Part shown: piece by piece, positions 37,863 through 47,856 of the stretch | Layout: the number at the start of each line of letters is the position of its first letter | Position numbering within the stretch: the first letter of the stretch is position 1 | NCBI GenBank assembly: GCA_046861395.1 | Contig: JBHHUC010000001.1 | Coordinates: 45,830-109,829, forward strand | From: Fidelibacterota bacterium | GTDB lineage: Bacteria; Fidelibacterota; Marinisomatia; Marinisomatales; JABMOV01 | Length of the DNA stretch: 64,000 nt | Direction: 5' to 3' | Position numbers and translations under genes: made by a program | The notes under the pieces: generated by a model | Database searches by the model: none | The model's input: only the letters and a program-made list of their open reading frames with translations | What the model was told of the DNA's origin: nothing

Positions 37863-38954
37863 ATGAAAAAATTACAGCATTTTCTTCTTCCTTTTTTGGT
37901 CATATTCCTGTCCTGCGACCCCCTCGTTACCGAGTTTGGAGACATAGAGGACGCCATCATGTATGAGGCCAAAACGATTGTAGACACGCCGGCAAAAGAC
38001 ACGATCGACGTAATGACCTGGAATATTCGTTTCGGGGCGGCCCGAATGCCCTGGTTCGGTGATGCCTGTGGGGACCGGGTGATTCTTAGCGACGATGAAG
38101 TGCTGACAAATCTGGAAAATATCGCCAATTATCTGACGGAAACCGACCCTGATATTGTATTTCTGCAGGAAGTGGACCGGGAGAGTAAACGTACTGCCTA
38201 CCGGGACGAAGCCCAGTGGTTATTGGATCATACGCCCTTTAATTATGCGGCCTATGCCTCCATCTGGCAGTCGCAGTTTATTCCCAGTGACGGCCTGGGA
38301 CGAATGGATCTGGGGAATGTCATTTTAAGTAAATGGCCGATTAAGGATGCGATTCGCCACCCCCTGCCCTTACGTGGGGACCAGGATGCCCTGGTTCAAC
38401 TGTTTTACCTGCGGCGGAATATCCTGGAGGCGAAAATTGAAATGGGCGCGACGACATTTTACGCAGTAAATATCCATGCCACGGCCTTTGCGACCGACGA
38501 TACCAAACAAAAACATATCCGGCAATATAAAGAATTGCTGGATCGCATCGATGCCGAAGGCGCCGCTTTCATATCCGGCGGGGATCTGAATTCCCTGCCC
38601 ACGACGGCTGTGAAAACAGATTATTGTCTGGAAGACATGTGTGCCGGAGAATCGTTTCATCAACCCGGCGACGATCCGGAACATAAAGAAGGCAGCCTGT
38701 TCAGCGGCCAGGACCTCAGCCCGCTCTATGACAGTGATTATGAACCGGCGGTTCCCCTGGCGGATTACACCGCTGACGAAGCCGCCTATTTCACACATAC
38801 ACCGGATTATGACAATCCAGATGGTTTTGACCGGAAACTGGATTATCTCTGGACAAATCGCCATTGGGTTCCCGGGTCCGACCGAACCCACCGGGCGGCC
38901 AAATCGTATAGCGACCATCTACCGGTCACAGCCCGCTGGGAGGTGGGACAATGA
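37863..38954 (+). CDS. Endonuclease/exonuclease/phosphatase (EEP) family lipoprotein
   Basis: Start MKKLQ with lipobox IFLSC; MTWNI, LQEVD, NIHA, GGDLNS, LDYL, SDHLPV. Confidence 0.88.
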   Translation: MKKLQHFLLPFLVIFLSCDPLVTEFGDIEDAIMYEAKTIVDTPAKDTIDVMTWNIRFGAARMPWFGDACGDRVILSDDEVLTNLENIANYLTETDPDIVFLQEVDRESKRTAYRDEAQWLLDHTPFNYAAYASIWQSQFIPSDGLGRMDLGNVILSKWPIKDAIRHPLPLRGDQDALVQLFYLRRNILEAKIEMGATTFYAVNIHATAFATDDTKQKHIRQYKELLDRIDAEGAAFISGGDLNSLPTTAVKTDYCLEDMCAGESFHQPGDDPEHKEGSLFSGQDLSPLYDSDYEPAVPLADYTADEAAYFTHTPDYDNPDGFDRKLDYLWTNRHWVPGSDRTHRAAKSYSDHLPVTARWEVGQ

Positions 38955-39766
38955 GAAAAATCATCTTCCTTTCCTGTCTCTTTGTTTTCCTGTCCGCCAA
39001 GGAAATTGCTCAGCCCTGGTCCACCGGATCAGCCTATGTCACCCCTCACCATCGTTGGGAAATCGGTTTATTCCAGCCCCTGAAATATGGTCTGGCTCCC
39101 GGCCTGGAGGTGGCAACCCATCCGCTGGCAATGGCGGTCATCCCTAATTTGACCATAAAACGAACGCTGAATCTGCCGGCCACGGGTGTCTGGGCCACCG
39201 TTCATTCCCTGACCTATCCTACGCCCTTGATGAATATGCTGGCGCGGGAAGGAACCGGGGGACTGGTTTCACCGGAGTTTGAATTTCCGGCCGCCGTTAT
39301 TTTCTATAATGAAATTCGTGTATCGCGAACGATAAAGAAAAATATTCTCATGACCAGCAAGGTCGGATTGGCGCTGGGAAAAACCTTCGGCGATCTGGAC
39401 AACAGAACCACCATCGACTTCCCGCTGATATTTCAACGGCTTTCTCCTCTGTATGATGGAGCTTATCTTCGCATTGGCGCCGACCTGGAATTTAAAAAGC
39501 TGAATATCTTCGGCTGGCACCTCTCCGATCGCTGGCAACTTTTACTGGATGACGATTTATTTCTCATTGCCGGGAAAGAGCACCGCATCGGGCTGGAGCA
39601 CAAGGGGTTGTTGATCTGGAATAAAACGGAAAAATTCCGCTTTACCGTAGGGTATAAAATCGTTTTCGGTCAATATCCCTTCGGCACCCAGTGGAATATC
39701 ATGCCGCCCCATATCCAGCTTCTGCCGGTGTGGCTGCCCCTGTTTGATATTCAATGGGCCTGGTAG
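38951..39766 (+). CDS. Hypothetical exported protein, probable outer-membrane beta-barrel
   Basis: Signal peptide, alternating aromatic/hydrophobic strands, C-terminal aromatic DIQWAW; start overlaps the EEP stop. Confidence 0.55.
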   Translation: MRKIIFLSCLFVFLSAKEIAQPWSTGSAYVTPHHRWEIGLFQPLKYGLAPGLEVATHPLAMAVIPNLTIKRTLNLPATGVWATVHSLTYPTPLMNMLAREGTGGLVSPEFEFPAAVIFYNEIRVSRTIKKNILMTSKVGLALGKTFGDLDNRTTIDFPLIFQRLSPLYDGAYLRIGADLEFKKLNIFGWHLSDRWQLLLDDDLFLIAGKEHRIGLEHKGLLIWNKTEKFRFTVGYKIVFGQYPFGTQWNIMPPHIQLLPVWLPLFDIQWAW

Positions 39767-39770
39767 GGTG

Positions 39771-40841
39771 CTACAGCACCAACGTAAACGTCAGACGGTT
39801 TACCATGTTCAGGATGCCCATGTCCGACACGGAATAGTCGACATGTAAATCATAGGGTATCAAGGGGAAGTTCTTACTGGATAGGCCGACACCCCAGGAT
39901 AACCGTGGTACATACCCCTTTTCAGTTGTGAGTGCATCATAGATCGCTTCATCGGCCAGGGATTCGTCAAAGCGCAGGAATTGATATGTTTGGCCAATCC
40001 GGATGAAAATCAGATCCATGACCGCCACCTCCGTGGCAATGACGTAATAGGGATTGAAATCCCGCGGATCAATGTATTCCACATTGAGGACGGCGGTGGC
40101 CGGTCCGGGATTCACAACGCCCTTTTCCCCCAATAATTGCATGGATAAACCGAACCGGAAAACCATGGGCAGAGGCCAGTCCTTGGTATCCAACCGGCCG
40201 TTGACCTGAGGATTGGCTCCCAGATCGGGGTCCACGTCCACATCAATGAGCTGGTCGGTTCCGAACAGGCGCATTTTAGAGCCGAAATTGGACAGGGACA
40301 TACCGATTTTCAGACCATGAAACCCGGTGAGATACTGCGATCCGGCATCCATGGCAATGGCCGAAGCCGAAGAAAACGATATGGTTTCACGGATGTATTT
40401 TCCCTGGATTCCGAACACGAAATGATCACTGACCCTCCGGGCAAAACCCAGACTCAGGGCCAGGTCGGAGGATGTAATTTTCCGTCCCGTGCCATCCGGA
40501 TCGGCCAGCGTCGTTTCTTTAATTTCTCCCATGGTCAGGTAACTGATACTCAACCCCAGCTTGCCAAACCCGGCGGGAAACACGGCCGCGAAGAATTGAT
40601 GCTGCACATCAAAAATCCAGTCCGTGGAATTGAATTGAATTTCCGGTTTATCAATCATACCCATGCCGGCCGGATTCCAGTACAGCGCGGAAGCATCTTC
40701 AACCTGAGCCGAATAGGCGCCGCCCAGAGCCGAACCCCGGGCGCCCACGTTTATTTTCAGGAAATTGGCAGCGGATGTGCCCACATTGTCAAATTGTCCC
40801 CAAAGGACACTGATGAGGATGATGTATAATATTTTCTTCAT
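39771..40841 (-). CDS. PorV/PorQ-family outer-membrane beta-barrel
   Basis: VGTSAANFLKINVGARGSALGGAY..DASALYWNPAG signature; LPMVFRFG. Confidence 0.85.
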   Translation of the reverse strand: MKKILYIILISVLWGQFDNVGTSAANFLKINVGARGSALGGAYSAQVEDASALYWNPAGMGMIDKPEIQFNSTDWIFDVQHQFFAAVFPAGFGKLGLSISYLTMGEIKETTLADPDGTGRKITSSDLALSLGFARRVSDHFVFGIQGKYIRETISFSSASAIAMDAGSQYLTGFHGLKIGMSLSNFGSKMRLFGTDQLIDVDVDPDLGANPQVNGRLDTKDWPLPMVFRFGLSMQLLGEKGVVNPGPATAVLNVEYIDPRDFNPYYVIATEVAVMDLIFIRIGQTYQFLRFDESLADEAIYDALTTEKGYVPRLSWGVGLSSKNFPLIPYDLHVDYSVSDMGILNMVNRLTFTLVL

Positions 40842-43800
40842 CGTATCACCGCGAACTTTCCGATGACCTCCTGGCCATCTGCTGTAACATGGAAATAATA
40901 AACCCCAAAAGCGACCTCCTGATCGTTGTAGGTCCGGAGATTCCAGGCCTCAATGCTGGGTCCGCGATATCCGTCACTTCCCGGTTCATGTTTCAGGATC
41001 TGCACCGTTTCCCCGGCCAAATTGAAAATGCGAATCACACATACATCCGGTAAATGGGTGAACTGGATTTCCTTAACTTCAATATTGGTTTCATACGCCG
41101 ATGTCACGGCGTAGGGATTGGGAACTACCAGGATTTCATCCAGATCTCCCTTTTCTACGGCGAGGTTCGGGGCCGTCGTGCGGATGACATACGCATCTTC
41201 ATACGGCAGGAGCGGTTTGGTACTGTAAACCTTGAATTGGATAACATTTCCCGTTTCCCATTCATTGGCCGTCCGGTTGAAATAAATCATCCACCCCAGC
41301 TTGGGTGCGTCGGCGGAATAGTCGTGGGGCAGCACACCGAGATCGTAAGGCTCATTGGCCGGGATTACGTAGAGATTTTTACTGAAGACGAAGGTGGAAT
41401 CGGTGTTGGGGCCGAACAGCGGCTTGCCGGGTGAAGTGGGATAAACGGCACAGTTGACCTGGCGATTTTCATCCACATCCCACACTTCAAAAGGCAGGAG
41501 CACCGTGTCGGCGGAACTCAAGTTTGGCATAAAATACGTTCCGATGGACCCGGATTCGGTAAACCGGATTTCATAGGTTTTGTCCAGGCCGGAGTATTCG
41601 GCATTGCCTTCCGGAGGTGTAACCGGGATGGCTTTAATGAACCCGGCCCAGGTAGCATCGATACCGCTGGTATGACCGACGGTGAAAGCCAGCGCTGTAT
41701 TGGGATCGGAATCGGTGATATCCTGGAAGACCGAATCCACCCGCAACACCCATGAAGCATTTTCAAACAAGGGAATGAAACCGTCGATCAGGTAATTGTA
41801 GGCGGCGCTGATATCCGATTCATTTTTTACCAACGTATCTCCCGTGGTGGAATCCACCAGGGACCAGACGGGAGTATCCGCCACGCTGTCGTAGTCAATG
41901 GAAACAAAATAGGTGTTGTCACGATCAGTGGAAAAGTCCGATTCCACCATCTCCACGGCGCCAGAAAAGAGGAAAGATTCCATCTCGCTATCATCGCTGA
42001 AAGGATCGGCGGGTATGGTTTCGATGGTGGCGGAAGCGGCTCCAGAAACATGTTGGACGGAAGATACATTCCCGGCATCGAACCCAGCCGGATCGGCCTG
42101 GGGAATGACAGCCACGGTATTATCATCCGGAACAAAAGCATTGGCGGAACGGGCATTTTCCAGCGGCTGCACCGGGGAACCGGCCCAGATATCCTCGCCA
42201 TCAAAAGCACAAACCGAATACCAATATTCATAACCATTGATGACGGTCCGGTCGATATAGGAATATTTCAAGCCGGAATTATTTCCCAGGTTAAAATAGA
42301 AATCACCCATGGGATAGACACCGCTGACATCATCCGATTTATCATAGATAGCCTGGGGGAGGTAATAACCGGAGGGGTTGCCGTCGGCATTGGTAATGAC
42401 CTTGCCCCAGGTGCGTCCGCGGTCAGTACTGCGATAAATCCGGTACCCCTGAAAAGCATTATTCAGTGTCACGGGATCAATGGAATATTCCGAGGGGTCT
42501 TCCGACCAGAACAAGGCTACCTGTCCGTCCGAAGCAATGGCCTGGACCACGGGCGGATCGGGCGGTTTCGGGGTCCGGAATTGATTGTCATAATAGGATT
42601 GGAACAACTTGGCGTTGGCAATCACATCCGCTTCATTGATCCCCATGAAGTCGGCAAAAGTAAAGATGACCCGTTCGCCCGGCGCCACATCCATGGGACC
42701 GGCAGCAATGACCCAGGTAATGTCAGGACCGTAGCTGTAAGGTTTTTGGAAAAGATCGGAGGGGTGGGGAGTCGTATTGTGAGGGGGCTGGATTCCGGCG
42801 GTTAATTGTGTGTTATAGGCATCGGCATCGCTCTGGGCATCCTGACTGTATTCAAAAGAATAAACGGTCGATACATCGTAGGATTCTTCCGTCCCGTCCG
42901 ATGCAATCTTCGTGGCTTCCAGAAATTTTAAACCGATCCAGCCAATGCCGGAGGATTTGAAACCCTGGGATTTATCATCCGGATCCCAGACGATGGCCAG
43001 GTTGTCCAGCAATTCTGCGTCTGTCGTATCGGACAGTTTTTCCGCCAGGTGAGGATCGTTGGCTTCAATGAACATGGCCAGATCATCCGTCCACTCCGCG
43101 CCACCCTGTTCCGGCGTATCCGGATCACCTGCGATTCCCATGTATAAATCCTTCAGGGTGTCCGTCCCCACGTTTGTCATGAGCTGGATAAAGATCAGGC
43201 CGTCATTAGCAAAAACGGAGGCGTCGTTGACAACCCAGATATCAAAACGAACGTTCAGAGGACCGATGCCATTGCTTTCCAATGTATTTCCATCATCGGG
43301 ATCATTATCTGTTGCTACGAAATAGCCGATGCGTTTATCGGGATCGTTGGCAGGAAAAGTTTCCTGCATGAAGGGTGGAACCGGAAAACGGATATCGCTG
43401 TGGAGGGGAGCTTCAATGCCCGGAAAGGTTTCACCGGTCTGAGGGTCAGTATAATTACCGCTGGGATCTTTTTCAATGGGCCATTGCGCCGGCCAGGATT
43501 CGGGGATATCGCTGAACGCTATACCGATATTTTTTTCCGTATCTGTCTGTCCGGCGTCATAACCAGGCAGCGGTTGAAATTCCTCTTCATGATCCCGGGT
43601 TGTTCCCCTTACACCGACGGCTACGGATGGTTGTCCATTTATTTTTGCCCCGACGATGGGTGATTGCGTCCAGTAATAGGTACAGCAACCATCCTGCAAC
43701 ATACTGCCGGCAGGAAATTCATGGTTCAAGCCCCAGCGGTCATAACCATAGACGGCACCGTTGGAAAGACGTAACACCATGTTTCCCCGGTTCAGAACAC

Positions 43801-43951
43801 TCCGCTTCCGGTCGCTGAAGGAAAATGTTTTTTCCAGGAGCCCGCTTTCACTCAGGGATTTGCCGGTGAGACTTTCATAGTATTCGGCCTTGGTCAAATC
43901 CTGGCTTGTTGCCAGAGACAGGAACATAAAAGACAGGATAAACTTCTTCAT
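40838..43951 (-). CDS. Large acidic secreted protein with FN3 and a T9SS/FlgD-like C-terminal domain
   Basis: Signal peptide; PPDPPVV..VALFW..FQGYRIYRS..YEYWYSVCAFD; ILVVPNPY..IQFTHLP..IRIFNLAGE..WNL..GVYYFHV..GKFAVIR. Confidence 0.8.
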   Translation of the reverse strand: MKKFILSFMFLSLATSQDLTKAEYYESLTGKSLSESGLLEKTFSFSDRKRSVLNRGNMVLRLSNGAVYGYDRWGLNHEFPAGSMLQDGCCTYYWTQSPIVGAKINGQPSVAVGVRGTTRDHEEEFQPLPGYDAGQTDTEKNIGIAFSDIPESWPAQWPIEKDPSGNYTDPQTGETFPGIEAPLHSDIRFPVPPFMQETFPANDPDKRIGYFVATDNDPDDGNTLESNGIGPLNVRFDIWVVNDASVFANDGLIFIQLMTNVGTDTLKDLYMGIAGDPDTPEQGGAEWTDDLAMFIEANDPHLAEKLSDTTDAELLDNLAIVWDPDDKSQGFKSSGIGWIGLKFLEATKIASDGTEESYDVSTVYSFEYSQDAQSDADAYNTQLTAGIQPPHNTTPHPSDLFQKPYSYGPDITWVIAAGPMDVAPGERVIFTFADFMGINEADVIANAKLFQSYYDNQFRTPKPPDPPVVQAIASDGQVALFWSEDPSEYSIDPVTLNNAFQGYRIYRSTDRGRTWGKVITNADGNPSGYYLPQAIYDKSDDVSGVYPMGDFYFNLGNNSGLKYSYIDRTVINGYEYWYSVCAFDGEDIWAGSPVQPLENARSANAFVPDDNTVAVIPQADPAGFDAGNVSSVQHVSGAASATIETIPADPFSDDSEMESFLFSGAVEMVESDFSTDRDNTYFVSIDYDSVADTPVWSLVDSTTGDTLVKNESDISAAYNYLIDGFIPLFENASWVLRVDSVFQDITDSDPNTALAFTVGHTSGIDATWAGFIKAIPVTPPEGNAEYSGLDKTYEIRFTESGSIGTYFMPNLSSADTVLLPFEVWDVDENRQVNCAVYPTSPGKPLFGPNTDSTFVFSKNLYVIPANEPYDLGVLPHDYSADAPKLGWMIYFNRTANEWETGNVIQFKVYSTKPLLPYEDAYVIRTTAPNLAVEKGDLDEILVVPNPYAVTSAYETNIEVKEIQFTHLPDVCVIRIFNLAGETVQILKHEPGSDGYRGPSIEAWNLRTYNDQEVAFGVYYFHVTADGQEVIGKFAVIR

Positions 43952-46900
43952 TATTTCACCCCCACACTGATACCCAGCTCAATATGGCGCGGTGCCCCGA
44001 AGTAATACGGCCTGGCTTCCCACATGGGGGAGGTGCCGGGATTAAGGCTTTCATCCGGCTTCCCGCTGTTATCGAAAACATTCAACACATTTCGTTTGTT
44101 GAAGAGATTGGTAATGTCAGCATAAAACCGGACATTAACCCAGGGAGCGGGCAAATCATAATACGCTTTCAGATCGAAAGAAGATGTGGCGGGCATGCGT
44201 CCGGAATTACTTTCATCCAAGGGTCGACCGCGATTGTCGGATGGCGTATAGGGCAGGCCGCTACCCCAGTTCCCGATGAGATTGGCTCCGAAGCCGGAAG
44301 GATGAGTATAATTCATGGTTACATTGATGGTGTGGGGTTGATCCCAGGGCATGGTAATGGTTTTTCGGGCCGGGACCGTTCCGTAGACTGAAGCGGAATA
44401 GGCATCATCCCAATGCTGGAATTCGTTAGAGGCGTTTCCTTCCGCCCGGGAGAAGGTATAGTTTATACCCCAGGACAGGCCGTTGGTCGGCAATTGTTGC
44501 AGTGAAATTTCAATCCCTTTGGAATTTCCGTAATCCATATTTTCAAATACGGAAAATTCGGTGGGGTCAGCGTCGTAAATCACTGCCGCGATGTAATCAT
44601 AGACATCTTTGTAGAATACGGCCGTACCCAGGACAAAGCGATCGCTGAGCTGGGTACGCAATCCCATTTCATACTGGACCGTCGTTTCCGGTTTCAGATT
44701 GGGGCTGCCCACCGGTGGGATATACCAATCACCCAGATTGTAGGGGAATGGATAGAGGGCATTGCCAAAGGTTCCGACTCCCACCTGATTGGATATACCG
44801 GCCAATTCATTCGGTAATCCCGTATATCCGTTGGAATTGGACAGGCGGTACATGTTCTGGTATTCAGGATACTGGAAAAAATGTCCGTAGGAGAAATGAA
44901 ACGCCATCCGGTCACTGATGGGATAACCAAAGGCAATGCGGGGACTCCATTGTTTCTTGATATCGGTTTGTGGCGCCGGTGTGAAGACCGTATCCGTTCC
45001 GTTGATTTCAAGGTATCCCCACTCAGCCCCTGGTGTATTGGGCGGAACAAACTGGCCGTCCAGGAAATAGGCCAGTTTTTTAGTGGGATCGGCATAACGG
45101 CTATTGGGATCCATATAATCCCACCGGATGCCTAGGTTTACCACCAGGTCGGTGAATTCGATCTTATCCTGGATATAGAAAGCCCGTTGTTCAGGGCGTT
45201 TTTCCCAGATGACGAAGGCCGGTTCCGATGCAATCCCATACGGCCCGCCACCCAGACCGGAAGCAAGGAAGTTGTTCAAAACATATTTCTTTACCTCAAA
45301 ACCGGTTTTTAACTGATTGGCATCGCTAAACTGCCAGGTCAAGGACGCCTGATAAGTTTCTGTGACGGACCGGTAATGTTCATAACTGTAATAGTCTGAT
45401 GTGGCCGTTCGCACCGTATCGCCCTGGGCGTTAATAATCGGGTATTCGCCGTAGAATTCATAATTGGATGTATTATCATATGCGTCACCCTCCCGCAACG
45501 GTACGGTGACCCCGTAGCTGTAATTTCCGTCGCCATCCAGATCAGAATAGGGTTCCGTGTCGGGAATTCCGTCATTATTGGAGTCGGCAAAGATGTCCCA
45601 GACACCATTATTGTTCCAGTCGTGCCACCGTTCCCCTTCTCCGGGATTCCAGACACTGTCCTGATTGGCGTCGGTCCAGTTCAGGATTCCGTCTCCGTTG
45701 ACATCCTGCCACCACTCAGCCGCGTAGGGGCTCCATTGTCCGTCTTCGTTCAGGTCATTATATGGTTCGGCGTAATGACTGAACCAGACCCATGATTCTC
45801 CCGGTTCCAGTATGGAATGGTCCCAGTCGTCGGGAATGGTATGAGCCTTAGCAAATAATTCATGGTTCTTATTGAGGTGCCGTGGATTACCGGTCCAGTT
45901 CTCATTTCTGAAATTGGAGTAACGCAACGTCCCGAACATATTCTTGGAAAAGGTAATATTGGCCGTGGCATAATAAAGGTCGCTTTCCAGCCAGTCCTGC
46001 GAACTGTGATCGGGGATTTGTCGATAGCTGAGGCTGTAGTCCCGGTTTTCCCGATGAAGAAGATTGGTACCGAAGGATACTTTCACATTTCTCAGGGGTC
46101 GTATAACCAGTTTTCCGGTCAGCCGTCTATCATCGCGAAAAGTATCAAAAGTATTCAGGGCACCTTTTTTCATTTCTTCCAGGTTGCCGTCAAAATCCAG
46201 ATCGGCCATGGCATAGGTGTCACCCTCATCAAACACCCCGTCACCATCCAGGTCAACGGTAAGAACATCCTTGGGCAAATAGGTTTTGGATAAATAGGTA
46301 TTGGAACTATACAGGTCACCGGTAACGAAGAACGTTGCCAGATTGCGGGCAAAAGGCAGCACCGGCCCACTGAAGGTGCCTTCCAGGCGGGATGTACCCC
46401 AATCGTTTTTCTGTATTCCGAATTGATCGGTAGAGGTGCGCAAATTCCATTCGTATCCAGTGTTTCCTTCTTTGGTAATGATATTCACGACACCGCTCAT
46501 GGCTTCCCCGTATTCAGCATTGAAAGAACCGGTAATCACCGATAATTCGGAAATACCATTGCGGGCTACGTCCGTCCCCATACCACCGAAAATTGCGTCT
46601 TCTACGAAAAAGCCGTCCACCATATAAGCAATTTCTCCCGACCGTCCCCCGCGAATATGGATGCCATTGTCACCACCGCCGTTATCGTTATCAATGACAC
46701 CAGCCATATTGTCCATGATATCGAGATAGGAATTTACCGGCATATTCACAATTTCCTCTTCCGTGACGGTAATTGTCGTAGCCGTCTGGTCCCGCTCAAT
46801 CACAGGACGGGCGGCTTCCACGACCACTTCATCTCCTTCGACCACGGAGACCTCCAGTGCCACATCGAGGCGTGTCGTACGGTCGGCATAGATTCTCACA

Positions 46901-47154
46901 TCGGCGATGGTAGTTGTTTTATAACCGATATAGGAAATTTTGACGGAATAGGTAGCCGGGGGAATATTCAACAGGAAGAAATTTCCCCTGGCATCCGACA
47001 TGGTTCCCATGACGGTGTTTTCCAGTAGAACATTGCCACCCGCCAACGGTTTTCCGGTTGTTTTATTGGTGAGCGTTCCCACTAGCTTCCCGGTTTCGCC
47101 GGCAAAGATGCAGGCGGGTACGAGAAGCCATAAAAGGGGTCTGAGCGACTTCAT
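43951..47154 (-). CDS. TonB-dependent receptor with Dx[DN]xDG-rich insertions
   Basis: GETGKLVG N-domain, HIRGGRSGEIAYMVDG, GSFNAEYGEAMSGVVNIITK, SPRIAFGYP, LKPETTVQYEMG, PRHIELG. Confidence 0.92.
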   Translation of the reverse strand: MKSLRPLLWLLVPACIFAGETGKLVGTLTNKTTGKPLAGGNVLLENTVMGTMSDARGNFFLLNIPPATYSVKISYIGYKTTTIADVRIYADRTTRLDVALEVSVVEGDEVVVEAARPVIERDQTATTITVTEEEIVNMPVNSYLDIMDNMAGVIDNDNGGGDNGIHIRGGRSGEIAYMVDGFFVEDAIFGGMGTDVARNGISELSVITGSFNAEYGEAMSGVVNIITKEGNTGYEWNLRTSTDQFGIQKNDWGTSRLEGTFSGPVLPFARNLATFFVTGDLYSSNTYLSKTYLPKDVLTVDLDGDGVFDEGDTYAMADLDFDGNLEEMKKGALNTFDTFRDDRRLTGKLVIRPLRNVKVSFGTNLLHRENRDYSLSYRQIPDHSSQDWLESDLYYATANITFSKNMFGTLRYSNFRNENWTGNPRHLNKNHELFAKAHTIPDDWDHSILEPGESWVWFSHYAEPYNDLNEDGQWSPYAAEWWQDVNGDGILNWTDANQDSVWNPGEGERWHDWNNNGVWDIFADSNNDGIPDTEPYSDLDGDGNYSYGVTVPLREGDAYDNTSNYEFYGEYPIINAQGDTVRTATSDYYSYEHYRSVTETYQASLTWQFSDANQLKTGFEVKKYVLNNFLASGLGGGPYGIASEPAFVIWEKRPEQRAFYIQDKIEFTDLVVNLGIRWDYMDPNSRYADPTKKLAYFLDGQFVPPNTPGAEWGYLEINGTDTVFTPAPQTDIKKQWSPRIAFGYPISDRMAFHFSYGHFFQYPEYQNMYRLSNSNGYTGLPNELAGISNQVGVGTFGNALYPFPYNLGDWYIPPVGSPNLKPETTVQYEMGLRTQLSDRFVLGTAVFYKDVYDYIAAVIYDADPTEFSVFENMDYGNSKGIEISLQQLPTNGLSWGINYTFSRAEGNASNEFQHWDDAYSASVYGTVPARKTITMPWDQPHTINVTMNYTHPSGFGANLIGNWGSGLPYTPSDNRGRPLDESNSGRMPATSSFDLKAYYDLPAPWVNVRFYADITNLFNKRNVLNVFDNSGKPDESLNPGTSPMWEARPYYFGAPRHIELGISVGVK

Positions 47155-47240
47155 GATGCTTCCTCCAATGACAAAAGAAGCTATGATCAGTAGAAATAAA
47201 ATTCAAGAGCGAGTTGATTGAAAGGTTAAGGCGATGTAAC

Positions 47241-47264
47241 TTCTGACCGACCGGTCGGTCAGAA
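47241..47264. promoter_or_regulatory. Putative TetR operator, perfect 24-bp palindrome
   Basis: TTCTGACCGACC|GGTCGGTCAGAA, 10 bp before the tetR ATG, in the divergent intergenic region. Confidence 0.85.
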
Positions 47265-47274
47265 CAGAATAACT

Positions 47275-47856
47275 ATGGCTAAAACACAAAAAATCATTGA
47301 AGCCGCCATCACCGTTTTTTCCCGGGACGGACTTGAAAAAGGCAAGATTGCCGACATTGCCGTTGAGGCCGGAATCGGAAAAGGTACAATATATGAGTAC
47401 TTTTCCAGTAAAGAGGATATCTTTGCCGCTATCGAAACCCATATGGTTGATCATCTTGTGACATCGGTTTTCACGGCGGCACAACAGGCCGGATCGGCTG
47501 AAGAAAAACTGAAAACCATCTTCGATTTAAGCGTCAAAGGAATGTTACATCTTGGCGATGCCCTGTTAATTGTTACTGAAATCCTGACGCGCAATGCCCG
47601 CGGACACATATTCTCTGATCGTCAGTCACCCATGAGTGAAATGTATACCCGCTATCGTCAGGCGGTAGAAACCATATTGCAGGAAGGAATGGAATCCGGG
47701 GAATTTCGGACCTTGAATCCGGCCGGGTCCGCCGCTTTGTTTATGGCCTTTATCGATGGAATTGTCTGGCAATATGTTTTCATGCCCGACAAAGACCTGT
47801 TTAATCGCATGCTCCGGGAAAGCCTAGAATCCTACTTGAGAGGAATAAGAAAATGA
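47275..47856 (+). CDS. TetR/AcrR family transcriptional regulator
   Basis: IADIAVEAGIGKGTIYEYFSSKEDIF HTH; ILQEGMESGEFR. Confidence 0.95.
   Translation: MAKTQKIIEAAITVFSRDGLEKGKIADIAVEAGIGKGTIYEYFSSKEDIFAAIETHMVDHLVTSVFTAAQQAGSAEEKLKTIFDLSVKGMLHLGDALLIVTEILTRNARGHIFSDRQSPMSEMYTRYRQAVETILQEGMESGEFRTLNPAGSAALFMAFIDGIVWQYVFMPDKDLFNRMLRESLESYLRGIRK

Noticed and set aside
42050..42805. 251-aa antisense ORF in the 1037-aa gene
   Set aside because: Fully nested opposite a well-supported gene; non-protein-like composition
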